From: Firmicutes bacterium CAG:882
Lineage (GTDB): Bacteria > Bacillota > Clostridia > Lachnospirales > Lachnospiraceae
Length of the DNA: 64,000 bases
Direction: 5' to 3'
Assembly: GCA_000435595.1 (NCBI GenBank)
Contig: FR895425.1
Coordinates: 14,273 to 78,272, forward strand
The translations under genes and the position numbers were made by a program. Of this stretch, positions 40,916-49,899 are shown in pieces. The notes under the pieces are model-generated. The model was not told the DNA's origin and did no database searches. It saw only the letters and a list, made by a program, of their open reading frames with translations. Every line of letters begins with the position of its first letter. Position 1 is the first letter of the stretch.

Positions 40916-41317
40916 CTAGTATGTCTCAAGTGCAAGCTTGAAGGTGTCACCGTCATTGACAGGTGTTGAATCCACACCTGTAGATGCATAGTCATCGCCT
41001 ATGTAAAGCGCCCAGTACTGATGAGCCGAGTCGTCGGCTGTTACGCCGTCAACTGTCTTTACATATAAGCCCCACTCGGACTCGTCTCCTGCGATGAGGT
41101 TTTCCTGCTCAAGGGCGCCGCGGAGGTAATCTTCGTTGGTCTTGATTGTGAAATCCTTGGTGCTTGCGTCAGCGTATACCACGGTTAAAGTGATGGTCTT
41201 GTTTCCACCTGCATCCTTTGGCTGAGGTCTTAAGTTGATGTAGAGCAGTGCCAGAACTACAACAGCTACAACTAAGCCAAGAACACCAAATAAAATCTTC
41301 TTATTCTTTTTGCTCAT
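40916..41317 (-). CDS. DUF4430-domain protein
   Basis: N-terminal TM anchor, then ITLTVVYADASTKDFTIKTNEDYLRGALEQENLIAGDESEWGLYVKTVDGV, which is typical of DUF4430. Confidence 0.55.
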   Translation of the reverse strand: MSKKNKKILFGVLGLVVAVVVLALLYINLRPQPKDAGGNKTITLTVVYADASTKDFTIKTNEDYLRGALEQENLIAGDESEWGLYVKTVDGVTADDSAHQYWALYIGDDYASTGVDSTPVNDGDTFKLALETY

Positions 41318-41339
41318 TTGTTTTCTCCTTTAAATTATG

Positions 41340-41610
41340 TATTTTTGCCATAAAGTATTATCCGGTCATCGCAGATGTGCAATACAAAAATTGCAATACT
41401 TTTCACATAAGGCAGGTCTTCTGACTCAAGATATGGCATCCGCATCTGTCTTCCCGGAGCAGAGCTGCCCCAGTGACTTTTTCACCGGCACTTGGTGCTT
41501 AGCGGACTAATCTTTTACAGCGACGGGCTCGTTCAGGATTATCACCTGATTCCCTCTTAGCAGCCGGAATACCGGCTGAACCATTATGTCCGGCATTCTG
41601 TATACACAGA
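41340..41610 (-). promoter_or_regulatory. cobalamin (AdoCbl) riboswitch
   Basis: Minus-strand sequence aagagggaatcaggtgataatcctgaacgagcccgtcgctgtaa matches the GGGAA..GGTG.AAATCC..GCCCG core. agtcactgg downstream matches the B12 box (GCCACTG) with one mismatch. Confidence 0.5.
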
Positions 41611-41780
41611 ACTTTATTAGTGTATAACATTGGGAGTCAAAAGTCAAACAGAATGAAATCGGGCAGGGAAGAACAGTCGTAATCATTGAAAGGATGGAAA
41701 TGATATGGTAAGATTAACAAACAGGCACAAACACAATTTATACTTTTGCCACTTACATCATGAAATCGGGGTATAAAAAT

Positions 41781-42572
41781 ATGAACGCGGCGGATAAGAA
41801 GAGAGTATATATTCTGGATATAATAAGGGGCATTCTGATAATATATGTTGTTTATTATCATTTTATGTATGATTTGAATGACATTATGGGGCATGAGATT
41901 GGGTATCTCTACTCTGAATGGTTCTCGACAGTGAGGGACTGCATGTCAGGGTCACTCATATTCATATCCGGAATATCATGTAATTTTTCAAGAAATAATA
42001 TAAAGAGAGGTGCAAGAACGTCACTCATTGCACTCATGCTTTCGATGGTGACGGCGGTGGTGATGCCCTCGCAGACAATAATATTCGGAATTCTGCATCT
42101 GCTGGGAATAATGATGCTGATGTACGGATTTGGTGAGCTTGCGGCAAATAAAATCAGAAGAAAAAAAATGCAGAAAAAGGAAGCTTCAATGCGCGTAAGA
42201 GTTGTCCTGATGTCAGTATTTTTAATTCTGTTTTTTGTGTGCAGAAATGTATATTACGGCTGGCTGACATTTGGAAATTTCAGGCTGTACCTGCCGGATG
42301 TTCTGTATGGCGGAAGCAACGGCTTTCTTTATATAATGGGATTTTGGCAGAGACTAAGCTCGGCAGACTACTATCCGCTCATTCCGTGGGGATTTTTATT
42401 TTTGGCGGGAGCGATGATCGGACGCATATTTAAGAGCGACAGGCTTCCGCGGTTTATGTATATGAATTTTTGTCCGCCGCTTGCGTTCATCGGCAGGCAT
42501 ACCATGATAATATATCTCGCACATCAGCCGATACTTCTTGGTATTTTTATGCTTGCGCAGAAGCTTGTATAA
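41781..42572 (+). CDS. polytopic membrane protein, DUF1624/acyltransferase-3-like
   Basis: MNAADKKRVYILDIIRGILIIYVVYYHF N-terminus and multiple TM segments. Confidence 0.4.
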   Translation: MNAADKKRVYILDIIRGILIIYVVYYHFMYDLNDIMGHEIGYLYSEWFSTVRDCMSGSLIFISGISCNFSRNNIKRGARTSLIALMLSMVTAVVMPSQTIIFGILHLLGIMMLMYGFGELAANKIRRKKMQKKEASMRVRVVLMSVFLILFFVCRNVYYGWLTFGNFRLYLPDVLYGGSNGFLYIMGFWQRLSSADYYPLIPWGFLFLAGAMIGRIFKSDRLPRFMYMNFCPPLAFIGRHTMIIYLAHQPILLGIFMLAQKLV

Positions 42573-42643
42573 TTGATGTCTTTCTTGGAATAATAATCGG
42601 GCAATGATTTATCGTTGTATATTTATTATTCGGAGGTGTTGAC

Positions 42644-42961
42644 ATGAACGATTTAGCTTGTGGAGTTAAGAGCTGTGCCTATAATGAGAGCAACTGCTGT
42701 AAGAGGGAAGGAATCAAGGTCGACGGAGCAATGGCTGAGAATTCCGCGTCCACATGTTGTTCATCATTCTGTGAATGTGGAAGTCCGCGTGTGACATCAG
42801 CTTGTGAGTGTGAACCTAAAAGAGTCACCAATATTATCTGTGACGCGGTTAAGTGCCGTTACAATGAGGACAAGAATTGTACGGCGAAGCATGTTGATGT
42901 AACGGGAAGCCATGCCATGATTGCTTCAGAGACAGAGTGTGCAACATTCGTAGGCAGATAG
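42644..42961 (+). CDS. DUF1540-domain protein (two Cys-rich repeats)
   Basis: CGVKSCAYNESNCC...IKVDG and CDAVKCRYNEDKNCTAKHVDVTG repeats. Confidence 0.6.
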   Translation: MNDLACGVKSCAYNESNCCKREGIKVDGAMAENSASTCCSSFCECGSPRVTSACECEPKRVTNIICDAVKCRYNEDKNCTAKHVDVTGSHAMIASETECATFVGR

Positions 42962-42988
42962 CACATAGTAATTATATGCCTATATAAG

Positions 42989-43025
42989 GCGGAGCCCGTC
43001 TTAAATGTCGGGCTCTGCTTTTTGT
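42989..43025 (+). terminator. rho-independent terminator
   Basis: ggcggagcccg..cgggctctgcttttt. Confidence 0.55.
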
Positions 43026-43105
43026 TGACAAAAGAAGAATAAGAGTATACAATAAGTAAAGTGTATTATATGATGCAATTTTAACAGTGGATGAGAGGTG
43101 AGAAC

Positions 43106-45040
43106 ATGCAGTCAAATGAGGCGCAGAATAAGGCAATCAACCATATTGACGGACCGATGCTGGTGCTTGCGGGACCGGGGTCGGGAAAAACAACGGTAAT
43201 CACAAGGCGCGTTGAGAAACTTATAAGACACGGAATTAATCCTATGAACATTCTGGTAATTACGTTCACTAAGGCAGCGGCGAATGAGATGAAGGAGCGT
43301 TTTTACCGCCTTATGGCTGACGGTACGGAACCATACCGCAATGTCACATTCGGAACCTTTCATGCTGTATTTTTCACTATTCTTAAGCATGCCTACAATC
43401 TGTCGGCGGATAATATCATAAGAGAAGAGGAGCGGTATGCGATAGTTAAGGCGGCAATCGGGCAATATGAGCTTGATATAGAGGATGAGCGGGAGTTTAC
43501 CGCCAATGTGCTCGGTGAGATTGCCAGGGTTAAGTCTGACAGAATACCGATACAGAACTATTATTCGACTAACTGTCCGGCGGATATATTCAGAAAGATA
43601 TATGATGAGTATAATACAAGGCTTAAGAATACGAGAAAGCTGGATTTTGAGGATATGTTAGGATACACCTATGAGCTTTTGACACAGCGGAGTGATATAT
43701 TGTCGGCATGGCAGGGAAAATATAAGTATATTCTTATCGATGAATTTCAGGATATCAATAAGGTTCAGTATGACACGATAAGGCTGCTTGCCGCTCCTGA
43801 GAATAATCTTTTTATTGTTGGCGATGATGATCAGAGTATATACGGCTTCAGAGGTTCTAAGCCCGATATAATGCTTAATTTCGGCAAGGATTACGGGAAT
43901 GCGGCTCAGGTGACTTTGGATGTCAACTACCGCTCGACACCTGAGATAGTTAAAGCGGCAGGTGATGTGATAAGGTTCAATAATAAGAGATATAAGAAGA
44001 ACATAACGCCTGACAGGGAATCCGGTGGGGCGGTTGTAGTAAGAAGAACAAAGGATTTTATCGATGAGTATAATGAGGTATGCGAACGAATTAAGGCGGT
44101 GACGGACGGTGACAGGAAGCGTTACGGTGATATAGCTGTTTTGTACAGGACGTCGGCTGGAATAGGTTCGCTGGTAAGGAAGCTTATGGAGAACGGAATA
44201 CCGTTTCAGATAAGGGATAAGCTGCCGGATATGTTCGAACACTGGATTGCCAAGGATATTTTTGCATATATAAGGCTTGCCTGCGGCACTGCAAACAGGG
44301 CGGATTTTATATCGGTATGCAACAAGCCCAAGCGCTATATAGGGCGGGATTATCTGACAGATGAGGAAATTAATCTTGATAAGCTCTGTACATATTATGA
44401 GGATAAGCAGTGGATGGTGGAGAGAATACTCAAGCTTAAGAATGATTTGGAACTTGTTGCAAAACTCAATCCTTATGCTGCCGTGAACTATATAAGAAGG
44501 GGCATAGGCTACGATGATTATATTACGGAGTATGCCATGAATCATCATATTCAGGCGGACGAATTGTTCGATGTACTCAATGACATTCATGAGAGTGCGA
44601 GAGATCACAATACATTTGCGGAGTGGGACAGGGCGGTGAGTGAGTACCGGCAGCGTGTACATGAGGTTCCACATAATGATATTCCAAGGGTTACACTCAC
44701 AACAATGCACAGCTCCAAGGGCTTAGAGTTCGACACTGTGTTTATAATTGACGCCAATGAGGGAAACTGCCCACATAAGAAGGCGGTGCTTGATACGGAT
44801 ATAGAGGAAGAGAGAAGAATGTTTTATGTTGCCATGACGAGGGCAAAAAGACACTTGTACATATACAGTTCATACGAAAAATATAACAAGACACTTGAAG
44901 TGAGCAGATTTTTGATTGAGGGCGGGCTGTATGTTCCGGAAAAATCAAAATACAATGCAAAAGCCCCCGTTACAGGAGGCTTCAGAGCAGGTGGAAGCGG
45001 TTATAAATGGAACCGCTCCGGCACCAATTATTCAGGTTAG
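43106..45040 (+). CDS. UvrD/PcrA-family ATP-dependent DNA helicase
   Basis: Walker A AGPGSGKTTVITRR. Helicase motifs through the C-terminal GLEFDTVFIID. Confidence 0.85.
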   Translation: MQSNEAQNKAINHIDGPMLVLAGPGSGKTTVITRRVEKLIRHGINPMNILVITFTKAAANEMKERFYRLMADGTEPYRNVTFGTFHAVFFTILKHAYNLSADNIIREEERYAIVKAAIGQYELDIEDEREFTANVLGEIARVKSDRIPIQNYYSTNCPADIFRKIYDEYNTRLKNTRKLDFEDMLGYTYELLTQRSDILSAWQGKYKYILIDEFQDINKVQYDTIRLLAAPENNLFIVGDDDQSIYGFRGSKPDIMLNFGKDYGNAAQVTLDVNYRSTPEIVKAAGDVIRFNNKRYKKNITPDRESGGAVVVRRTKDFIDEYNEVCERIKAVTDGDRKRYGDIAVLYRTSAGIGSLVRKLMENGIPFQIRDKLPDMFEHWIAKDIFAYIRLACGTANRADFISVCNKPKRYIGRDYLTDEEINLDKLCTYYEDKQWMVERILKLKNDLELVAKLNPYAAVNYIRRGIGYDDYITEYAMNHHIQADELFDVLNDIHESARDHNTFAEWDRAVSEYRQRVHEVPHNDIPRVTLTTMHSSKGLEFDTVFIIDANEGNCPHKKAVLDTDIEEERRMFYVAMTRAKRHLYIYSSYEKYNKTLEVSRFLIEGGLYVPEKSKYNAKAPVTGGFRAGGSGYKWNRSGTNYSG

Positions 45041-45052
45041 AGTGGCTGATGA

Positions 45053-45379
45053 TTATTCCTCGTCGTCATCAGCTAAGAGTTCAGCGTACTCATCCTCATC
45101 CATGAGCTCGTCGAACGCATCGGCTACGCGCTCATATTCTTCATCGTCCTCTATGTTTCCGAGAGATGGTTCACCATCCGCATCTTCAAAATATTGATAA
45201 AGGTATACTTCGCCTTCGGCGGCATCGCTGTCGTTGAGAGGGAGAAGTGCAATATAGTCCTGTTCGCCTACAGGGAACACTGCGACAATTCCGCACTCCA
45301 CTTCCTTCCCGTTGTCGAGTGAGAGTGTGACTGTTCCTTCCTCAAATTCGTTCATATAATCTTCATTCTTGTTAGCCAT
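45053..45379 (-). CDS. DUF1292-family acidic protein
   Basis: TLSLDNGKEVECGIVAVFPVGEQDYIALLPL followed by an acidic tail. Confidence 0.55.
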   Translation of the reverse strand: MANKNEDYMNEFEEGTVTLSLDNGKEVECGIVAVFPVGEQDYIALLPLNDSDAAEGEVYLYQYFEDADGEPSLGNIEDDEEYERVADAFDELMDEDEYAELLADDDEE

Positions 45380-45623
45380 ATAGTCCTCCGTTAAGATTGT
45401 TTCATTACAGTGTGTATTATGCTGTATATTAACAAAATATCATATTAATAAGTAATTTTCAATTCCATAAAAAAATTACTTGCTATTTTTATAATTGTAA
45501 TGTATTATGAATAAAGATTAAGAAAATTAATATTTAATGTCAAAGGAGACAATATTTGCCGAGTGCACACTTGCTTTTTTTAGTGTATGGCGATATTGTT
45601 TTTTTTATTTAACGGAGGTTTTT

Positions 45624-46088
45624 ATGGATAAAATTGATAAAAAAATAATAACACTGCTGCAGCAGAATGCGAGAATGCCGTTGAAGGCTTTGGCAGAGCA
45701 GGTGTTCTTATCGTCGCCGGCTGTATCTGCAAGAATCGAGAGACTCGAAAAGGAACAGATTATATCCAGGTATGAGGCAAAGGTTAATCCGTTTAAGTTA
45801 GGCTATCATATAACGGCATTTATCAATCTTGATGTTATGCCTGCACAGAAGCCTGAATTTTATCCGTTTGTGAAGTCGTGTCCGAACGTCATAGAATGTA
45901 ATTGTGTCACGGGTGATTTTTCCATGCTGCTTAAGGTTACTTTCCCGAGTACAATGGAACTTGATACATTTATAGGGCAGCTTCAGAAGTTCGGAAGGAC
46001 GAGCACACAGATTGTTTTTTCGACGCCGGTGGAACCGCGCGGAATAGATGTGAATTTTAACAATGAAGAATATGAGGAGAATGAATAG
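45624..46088 (+). CDS. Lrp/AsnC-family transcriptional regulator
   Basis: MDKIDKKIITLLQQNARMPLKALAEQVFLSSPAVSARIERLE HTH, then an RAM domain. Confidence 0.8.
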   Translation: MDKIDKKIITLLQQNARMPLKALAEQVFLSSPAVSARIERLEKEQIISRYEAKVNPFKLGYHITAFINLDVMPAQKPEFYPFVKSCPNVIECNCVTGDFSMLLKVTFPSTMELDTFIGQLQKFGRTSTQIVFSTPVEPRGIDVNFNNEEYEENE

Positions 46089-46199
46089 GAGCTGTGATAT
46101 GGCTCCTATTTTTATTTGACGACCTTGGGCTGATGCATTATAATCATGATAAAAAGAACAAAACTATTGTTAATCAGATGTTTTTGGAGGCAATATCGA

Positions 46200-46826
46200 A
46201 TGAAGACAATTCGTGATATGAATAAGATAATACTTGCATCTGCATCGCCGAGGCGCAGGGAGCTTCTGAGTCAGATGGGGCTTAAGTTTGAGGTGATGCC
46301 GAGTCATTGCGATGAGGTTATAACGCGTAAGATACCTTGGGAGATAGTTATGGAGCTGTCATCGCAGAAGGCAAGGGAGCTTGTGTATAAGGCTGCCATG
46401 GACTCAATATCCGAGGATAAGGACAGTGACGGTGAAGGACAGGATATTCTCGTTATAGGTGCCGACACTATAGTTGCATACGGGAATGAAATCCTTGGAA
46501 AACCGAAGGATAAGGACGATGCTGTGAGAATGCTTAAGCTTCTTGAGGGAAAGCAGCACAGCGTGTATACGGGAGTGTCGATGGTCTATCTTAAGGAGGG
46601 AATTGCGCAGACAAGGACATTTGTTGAGGAGACGAAGGTTTTTGTGGCACCGATGACCGATGAGCAGATAGAGAAATATGTGGCAACAGGAGAGCATGTG
46701 GACAAGGCTGGTGCATATGCCATACAGGGGCTTTTTGCCGAGTATATTGTAAAGATTGAAGGGGACTATAATAATGTTGTGGGGCTCCCGATCGGAAGAA
46801 TAATGAGAGAGTGCATATTCTCTTAA
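46200..46826 (+). CDS. maf: Maf-like nucleoside triphosphate pyrophosphatase
   Basis: IILASASPRRRELLSQMGL N-terminal signature. Confidence 0.85.
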   Translation: MKTIRDMNKIILASASPRRRELLSQMGLKFEVMPSHCDEVITRKIPWEIVMELSSQKARELVYKAAMDSISEDKDSDGEGQDILVIGADTIVAYGNEILGKPKDKDDAVRMLKLLEGKQHSVYTGVSMVYLKEGIAQTRTFVEETKVFVAPMTDEQIEKYVATGEHVDKAGAYAIQGLFAEYIVKIEGDYNNVVGLPIGRIMRECIFS

Positions 46827-46846
46827 GGCTTACCAGGAGTTGAATT

Positions 46847-47650
46847 ATGAAAAAGAATAAAATAAAGTTTATTGCGAGCGATTTAGACGGGACACTTCTG
46901 CTTAACGGGGCACAGAAGGTGTCGGAAGAATTGATACCGCTCATAAAGAGGCTTAATGATGAGGGGATTATATTCTGCGCAGCCAGCGGAAGGCAGTATC
47001 CGAACTTAAGGAGGCTGTTTGGCGAGGTGGCGGATGAGCTTATGTATATCTGTGAGAACGGTTCGGTTATTATTTATAAGGACAAGCTGCTTGACAAGAC
47101 GCCGATGAAGGTTGAACTCGGACGTGATATTATAAGGACTATTACAGGTGTTGAACAGTGTGAGGTGCTTGTGTCGGGTGAGAGAACATCATATCTTAAA
47201 CCTAAGACGGAAAGCTATCTCGTGCGGATGCGGGATATTGTGAGAAATGATATATGTCTGGTGGATGACCTTGAGCATATAGAAGAGGATTATGTGAAGA
47301 TTTCTGTGTATGACCCGACCGGCATTGAAAATACACAGGATTATTTTCTGACTGCATTTGAAGGAAGAGCACAGTCGTGTGTATCGGGAAAACAGTGGCT
47401 TGACTATACAGCACAGGGTGTCAACAAGGGAAGTGCCATAAAGACGATTCAGCGGCTTATGGGATTTGAAGCTGAAGAGTGCATAGCCTTTGGTGATAAT
47501 TTCAACGACATTGAGATGTTTCAGAGTGTCGGATATCCTATTGTCATGAGGCAGGCAGTGGATGCAGTCAAGGCCAATGCTGCATATGAGACTGACAGAG
47601 TGGAAAACAGCTTGAGAAAGCTTATTGAAAAATTACAGACGGAGGTATAA
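46847..47650 (+). CDS. Cof-type HAD-IIB hydrolase
   Basis: FIASDLDGTLL motif I and C-terminal GDNFNDIEMF. Confidence 0.8.
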   Translation: MKKNKIKFIASDLDGTLLLNGAQKVSEELIPLIKRLNDEGIIFCAASGRQYPNLRRLFGEVADELMYICENGSVIIYKDKLLDKTPMKVELGRDIIRTITGVEQCEVLVSGERTSYLKPKTESYLVRMRDIVRNDICLVDDLEHIEEDYVKISVYDPTGIENTQDYFLTAFEGRAQSCVSGKQWLDYTAQGVNKGSAIKTIQRLMGFEAEECIAFGDNFNDIEMFQSVGYPIVMRQAVDAVKANAAYETDRVENSLRKLIEKLQTEV

Positions 47651-47652
47651 TT

Positions 47653-47910
47653 ATGAATGAGATTGACGAGATGTGTGCAGAGGTATTTTTAAAGGAGCAG
47701 GGAAAGCTTTTTGATGAGCCTGTGGCAGAGACTAAGGAGGAGGCAATGGAGTTTCTTGAAGACTGTTTTGCACAGGTATTCAATTCCGAGAAGGAGCTCC
47801 GTGCATATTGGAGAGAAGAGGGACTTGATGATGAAGAGATGGAAGATGCCTCAGATGCACTTGAAGTGTTCGTTCTCCCGGATGGAAGATATCTCTATGT
47901 TGAGGCATAG
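47653..47910 (+). CDS. small acidic hypothetical protein (85 aa)
   Basis: ORF starts 3 nt after the cof stop. Its 3' end overlaps the prsA-like start. Confidence 0.4.
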   Translation: MNEIDEMCAEVFLKEQGKLFDEPVAETKEEAMEFLEDCFAQVFNSEKELRAYWREEGLDDEEMEDASDALEVFVLPDGRYLYVEA

Positions 47911-48865
47911 AGTGTTAATACGTCTATCCTTAATTCTGACTTTGACGGCCTGCATTATGATGACCGGCTGTAATGTTGACGGCAGGAGTGTGACCATCAA
48001 CAAATATACATTTCAATTTGTGACAGGTGCGCATGAGGATTATGTTATAAGGGGCGGAGAATTCAGCTTAACCGCCGGTCAGATGAGACTCCTTTTGTCA
48101 GGCGTGAGAGACGGGTATGAGGCAGCCCTTACATCAAATATATGGGATATGCAGCTTGATGACGTGTCATTTGGCGAATACGTGGATGATACTGTGCTTG
48201 ATATGTCTGTGAGGCTTATGATTGTAAATATGCTTGCGGCAGATAAGCGTATTGAGCTTGGAACGGCGGAGCTTAGCGACAGCATGGAAAGTGCGGATGC
48301 TTTTTATGATGAGCATGAGCCGGAGCTTACCTATGTGAGCAGGGATGAGGTTGAGACACTGTTTGAAATGATGAGACTTTCCGACAAGGTATACAACGAA
48401 CTTGGAAAGAATGTCGACACTGAAATAAGCATGGACGAGGCGCGTGTTATCAGAATACAGTATATATATTCTAAGGACTCCATGCAAAAGCTTTATGATG
48501 CGGCTGCAGAGTATGAGGAAGGAGCAGCTTTTTCATCTCTTGCGGCAAAGTACAGCGACAGCGCGGAATATACGGCTGAGATTGGGCGTGGCGAGATGGA
48601 CAAGAACTTCGAGAACACGGCATTTAATCTTGATGAAGGTCAGATTAGCAGTGTAATAAGCTGTAATAATGGATTTTATCTGATTTACTGTGTCAATGAT
48701 AATGTTGAGGATAAGATTGACAGCCAGAAGGAGAGAATCGTTCAGAACAGGCAGAAAGAGCAGTTCGAGAATTTCTTTAATGAGTTTTCAAAAAATGTTG
48801 TATTGTCTTTTGATAAAAACGCGTGGGATAGGATCACGGCGCAGCTCAAACAGGGAGAACAATAA
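47897..48865 (+). CDS. PrsA-like lipoprotein with PpiC/parvulin peptidyl-prolyl isomerase domain
   Basis: Signal peptide with lipobox-like LTACIMMTGC. Parvulin block ENTAFNLDEGQISSVISCNNGFYLIYCV. The ORF track starts upstream at 47711. Confidence 0.6.
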   Translation: MLRHRVLIRLSLILTLTACIMMTGCNVDGRSVTINKYTFQFVTGAHEDYVIRGGEFSLTAGQMRLLLSGVRDGYEAALTSNIWDMQLDDVSFGEYVDDTVLDMSVRLMIVNMLAADKRIELGTAELSDSMESADAFYDEHEPELTYVSRDEVETLFEMMRLSDKVYNELGKNVDTEISMDEARVIRIQYIYSKDSMQKLYDAAAEYEEGAAFSSLAAKYSDSAEYTAEIGRGEMDKNFENTAFNLDEGQISSVISCNNGFYLIYCVNDNVEDKIDSQKERIVQNRQKEQFENFFNEFSKNVVLSFDKNAWDRITAQLKQGEQ

Positions 48866-48928
48866 AACAGAATATTTAGTATAAAATAAGTGTGCATTAT
48901 ACAGGTACAGTGTAATGCACACTTGTTT

Positions 48929-49702
48929 TTATTTTATGAGGTGTATTGTCGGAAAGTAACAGAACATAGCCTTGGCTATAATTTTATCTTTGCTCACAAA
49001 AGTGTTGTTCCAGAAACGTGAATCCCATGAGGAGTTGCGGTTATCTCCCATCATGAAATAGCAGTTCTCAGGTACCGTAAAAGGTCCGCTTACACCTGAA
49101 GTTTCGACTGTGAGATAATCGCTCTCATCAAGCGGCTGTCCATTAATATATACGGTTCCGTGTTCGATGTATACTGTCTCGCCGGGAAGACCGATGATGC
49201 GCTTGATGTATTTTTGCGTCTCGTCGTCAGGATAGTAGAATACGACAACGTCGCCGCGCTTAGGATCTGAATTGATATAGGCAAGTCTGTTGCCTATTAT
49301 TCTGTTGCCCTCGGTTATAGTGGGTATCATGGAGCCTGATGGGATTCGGGCATTCACTATCAGGTATCTGTTAGTCAGTGTCGCGAGTATGAAAGCGGCG
49401 GCGATGATGGCAACATAGCTTATAATCTCCCGGATTATTCTGCCGTGGCGTGATTTTTTGCCCGGTGAGGCAGCTTCCTCATCATCAGGCTCATCAACCT
49501 CAGCGGCTTCGTCCATGCAGGAAGCTTCTGCTGAAATGTCATCCGGAATGTCATCGTTTTTAAAATGTGAAGCATCTATAAAAATATCATCATCTTCATG
49601 CGCAATGTCATTTTTGCCATTTACTATGTGTTTTTGGTTTTTTTGGGGGATGTTTCCGGTATCATCTAAATTAATATATATATATTCTAAATCTTTGCTC
49701 AT
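48929..49702 (-). CDS. lepB: signal peptidase I
   Basis: SGSMIPTI (catalytic Ser) and GDNRNSSWDSRFW box E. Confidence 0.85.
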   Translation of the reverse strand: MSKDLEYIYINLDDTGNIPQKNQKHIVNGKNDIAHEDDDIFIDASHFKNDDIPDDISAEASCMDEAAEVDEPDDEEAASPGKKSRHGRIIREIISYVAIIAAAFILATLTNRYLIVNARIPSGSMIPTITEGNRIIGNRLAYINSDPKRGDVVVFYYPDDETQKYIKRIIGLPGETVYIEHGTVYINGQPLDESDYLTVETSGVSGPFTVPENCYFMMGDNRNSSWDSRFWNNTFVSKDKIIAKAMFCYFPTIHLIK

Positions 49703-49799
49703 ATTTTTAGTCCTTTTAGTTGAATAAGCTTATTATAAATCAAAATTATGGTTTCAACAAGTTAATATGTCCGTAAAAAATAAAAAAAATATAAAATTA

Positions 49800-49826
49800 T
49801 TAGCAGTCTTATTAAATGAGTGCTAA
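49800..49826 (+). promoter_or_regulatory. CIRCE operator (HrcA site) upstream of htpG
   Basis: ttagcagtc-ttattaaat-gagtgctaa against the consensus TTAGCACTC-N9-GAGTGCTAA. TTGACA -35 box 5 nt downstream. Confidence 0.55.
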
Positions 49827-49899
49827 AAGTGTTGACATTTGCCGAAGCCGGTATTACTATATAGCTGTTGTAAGATTTTAGTATACGGAGGTTATAATA

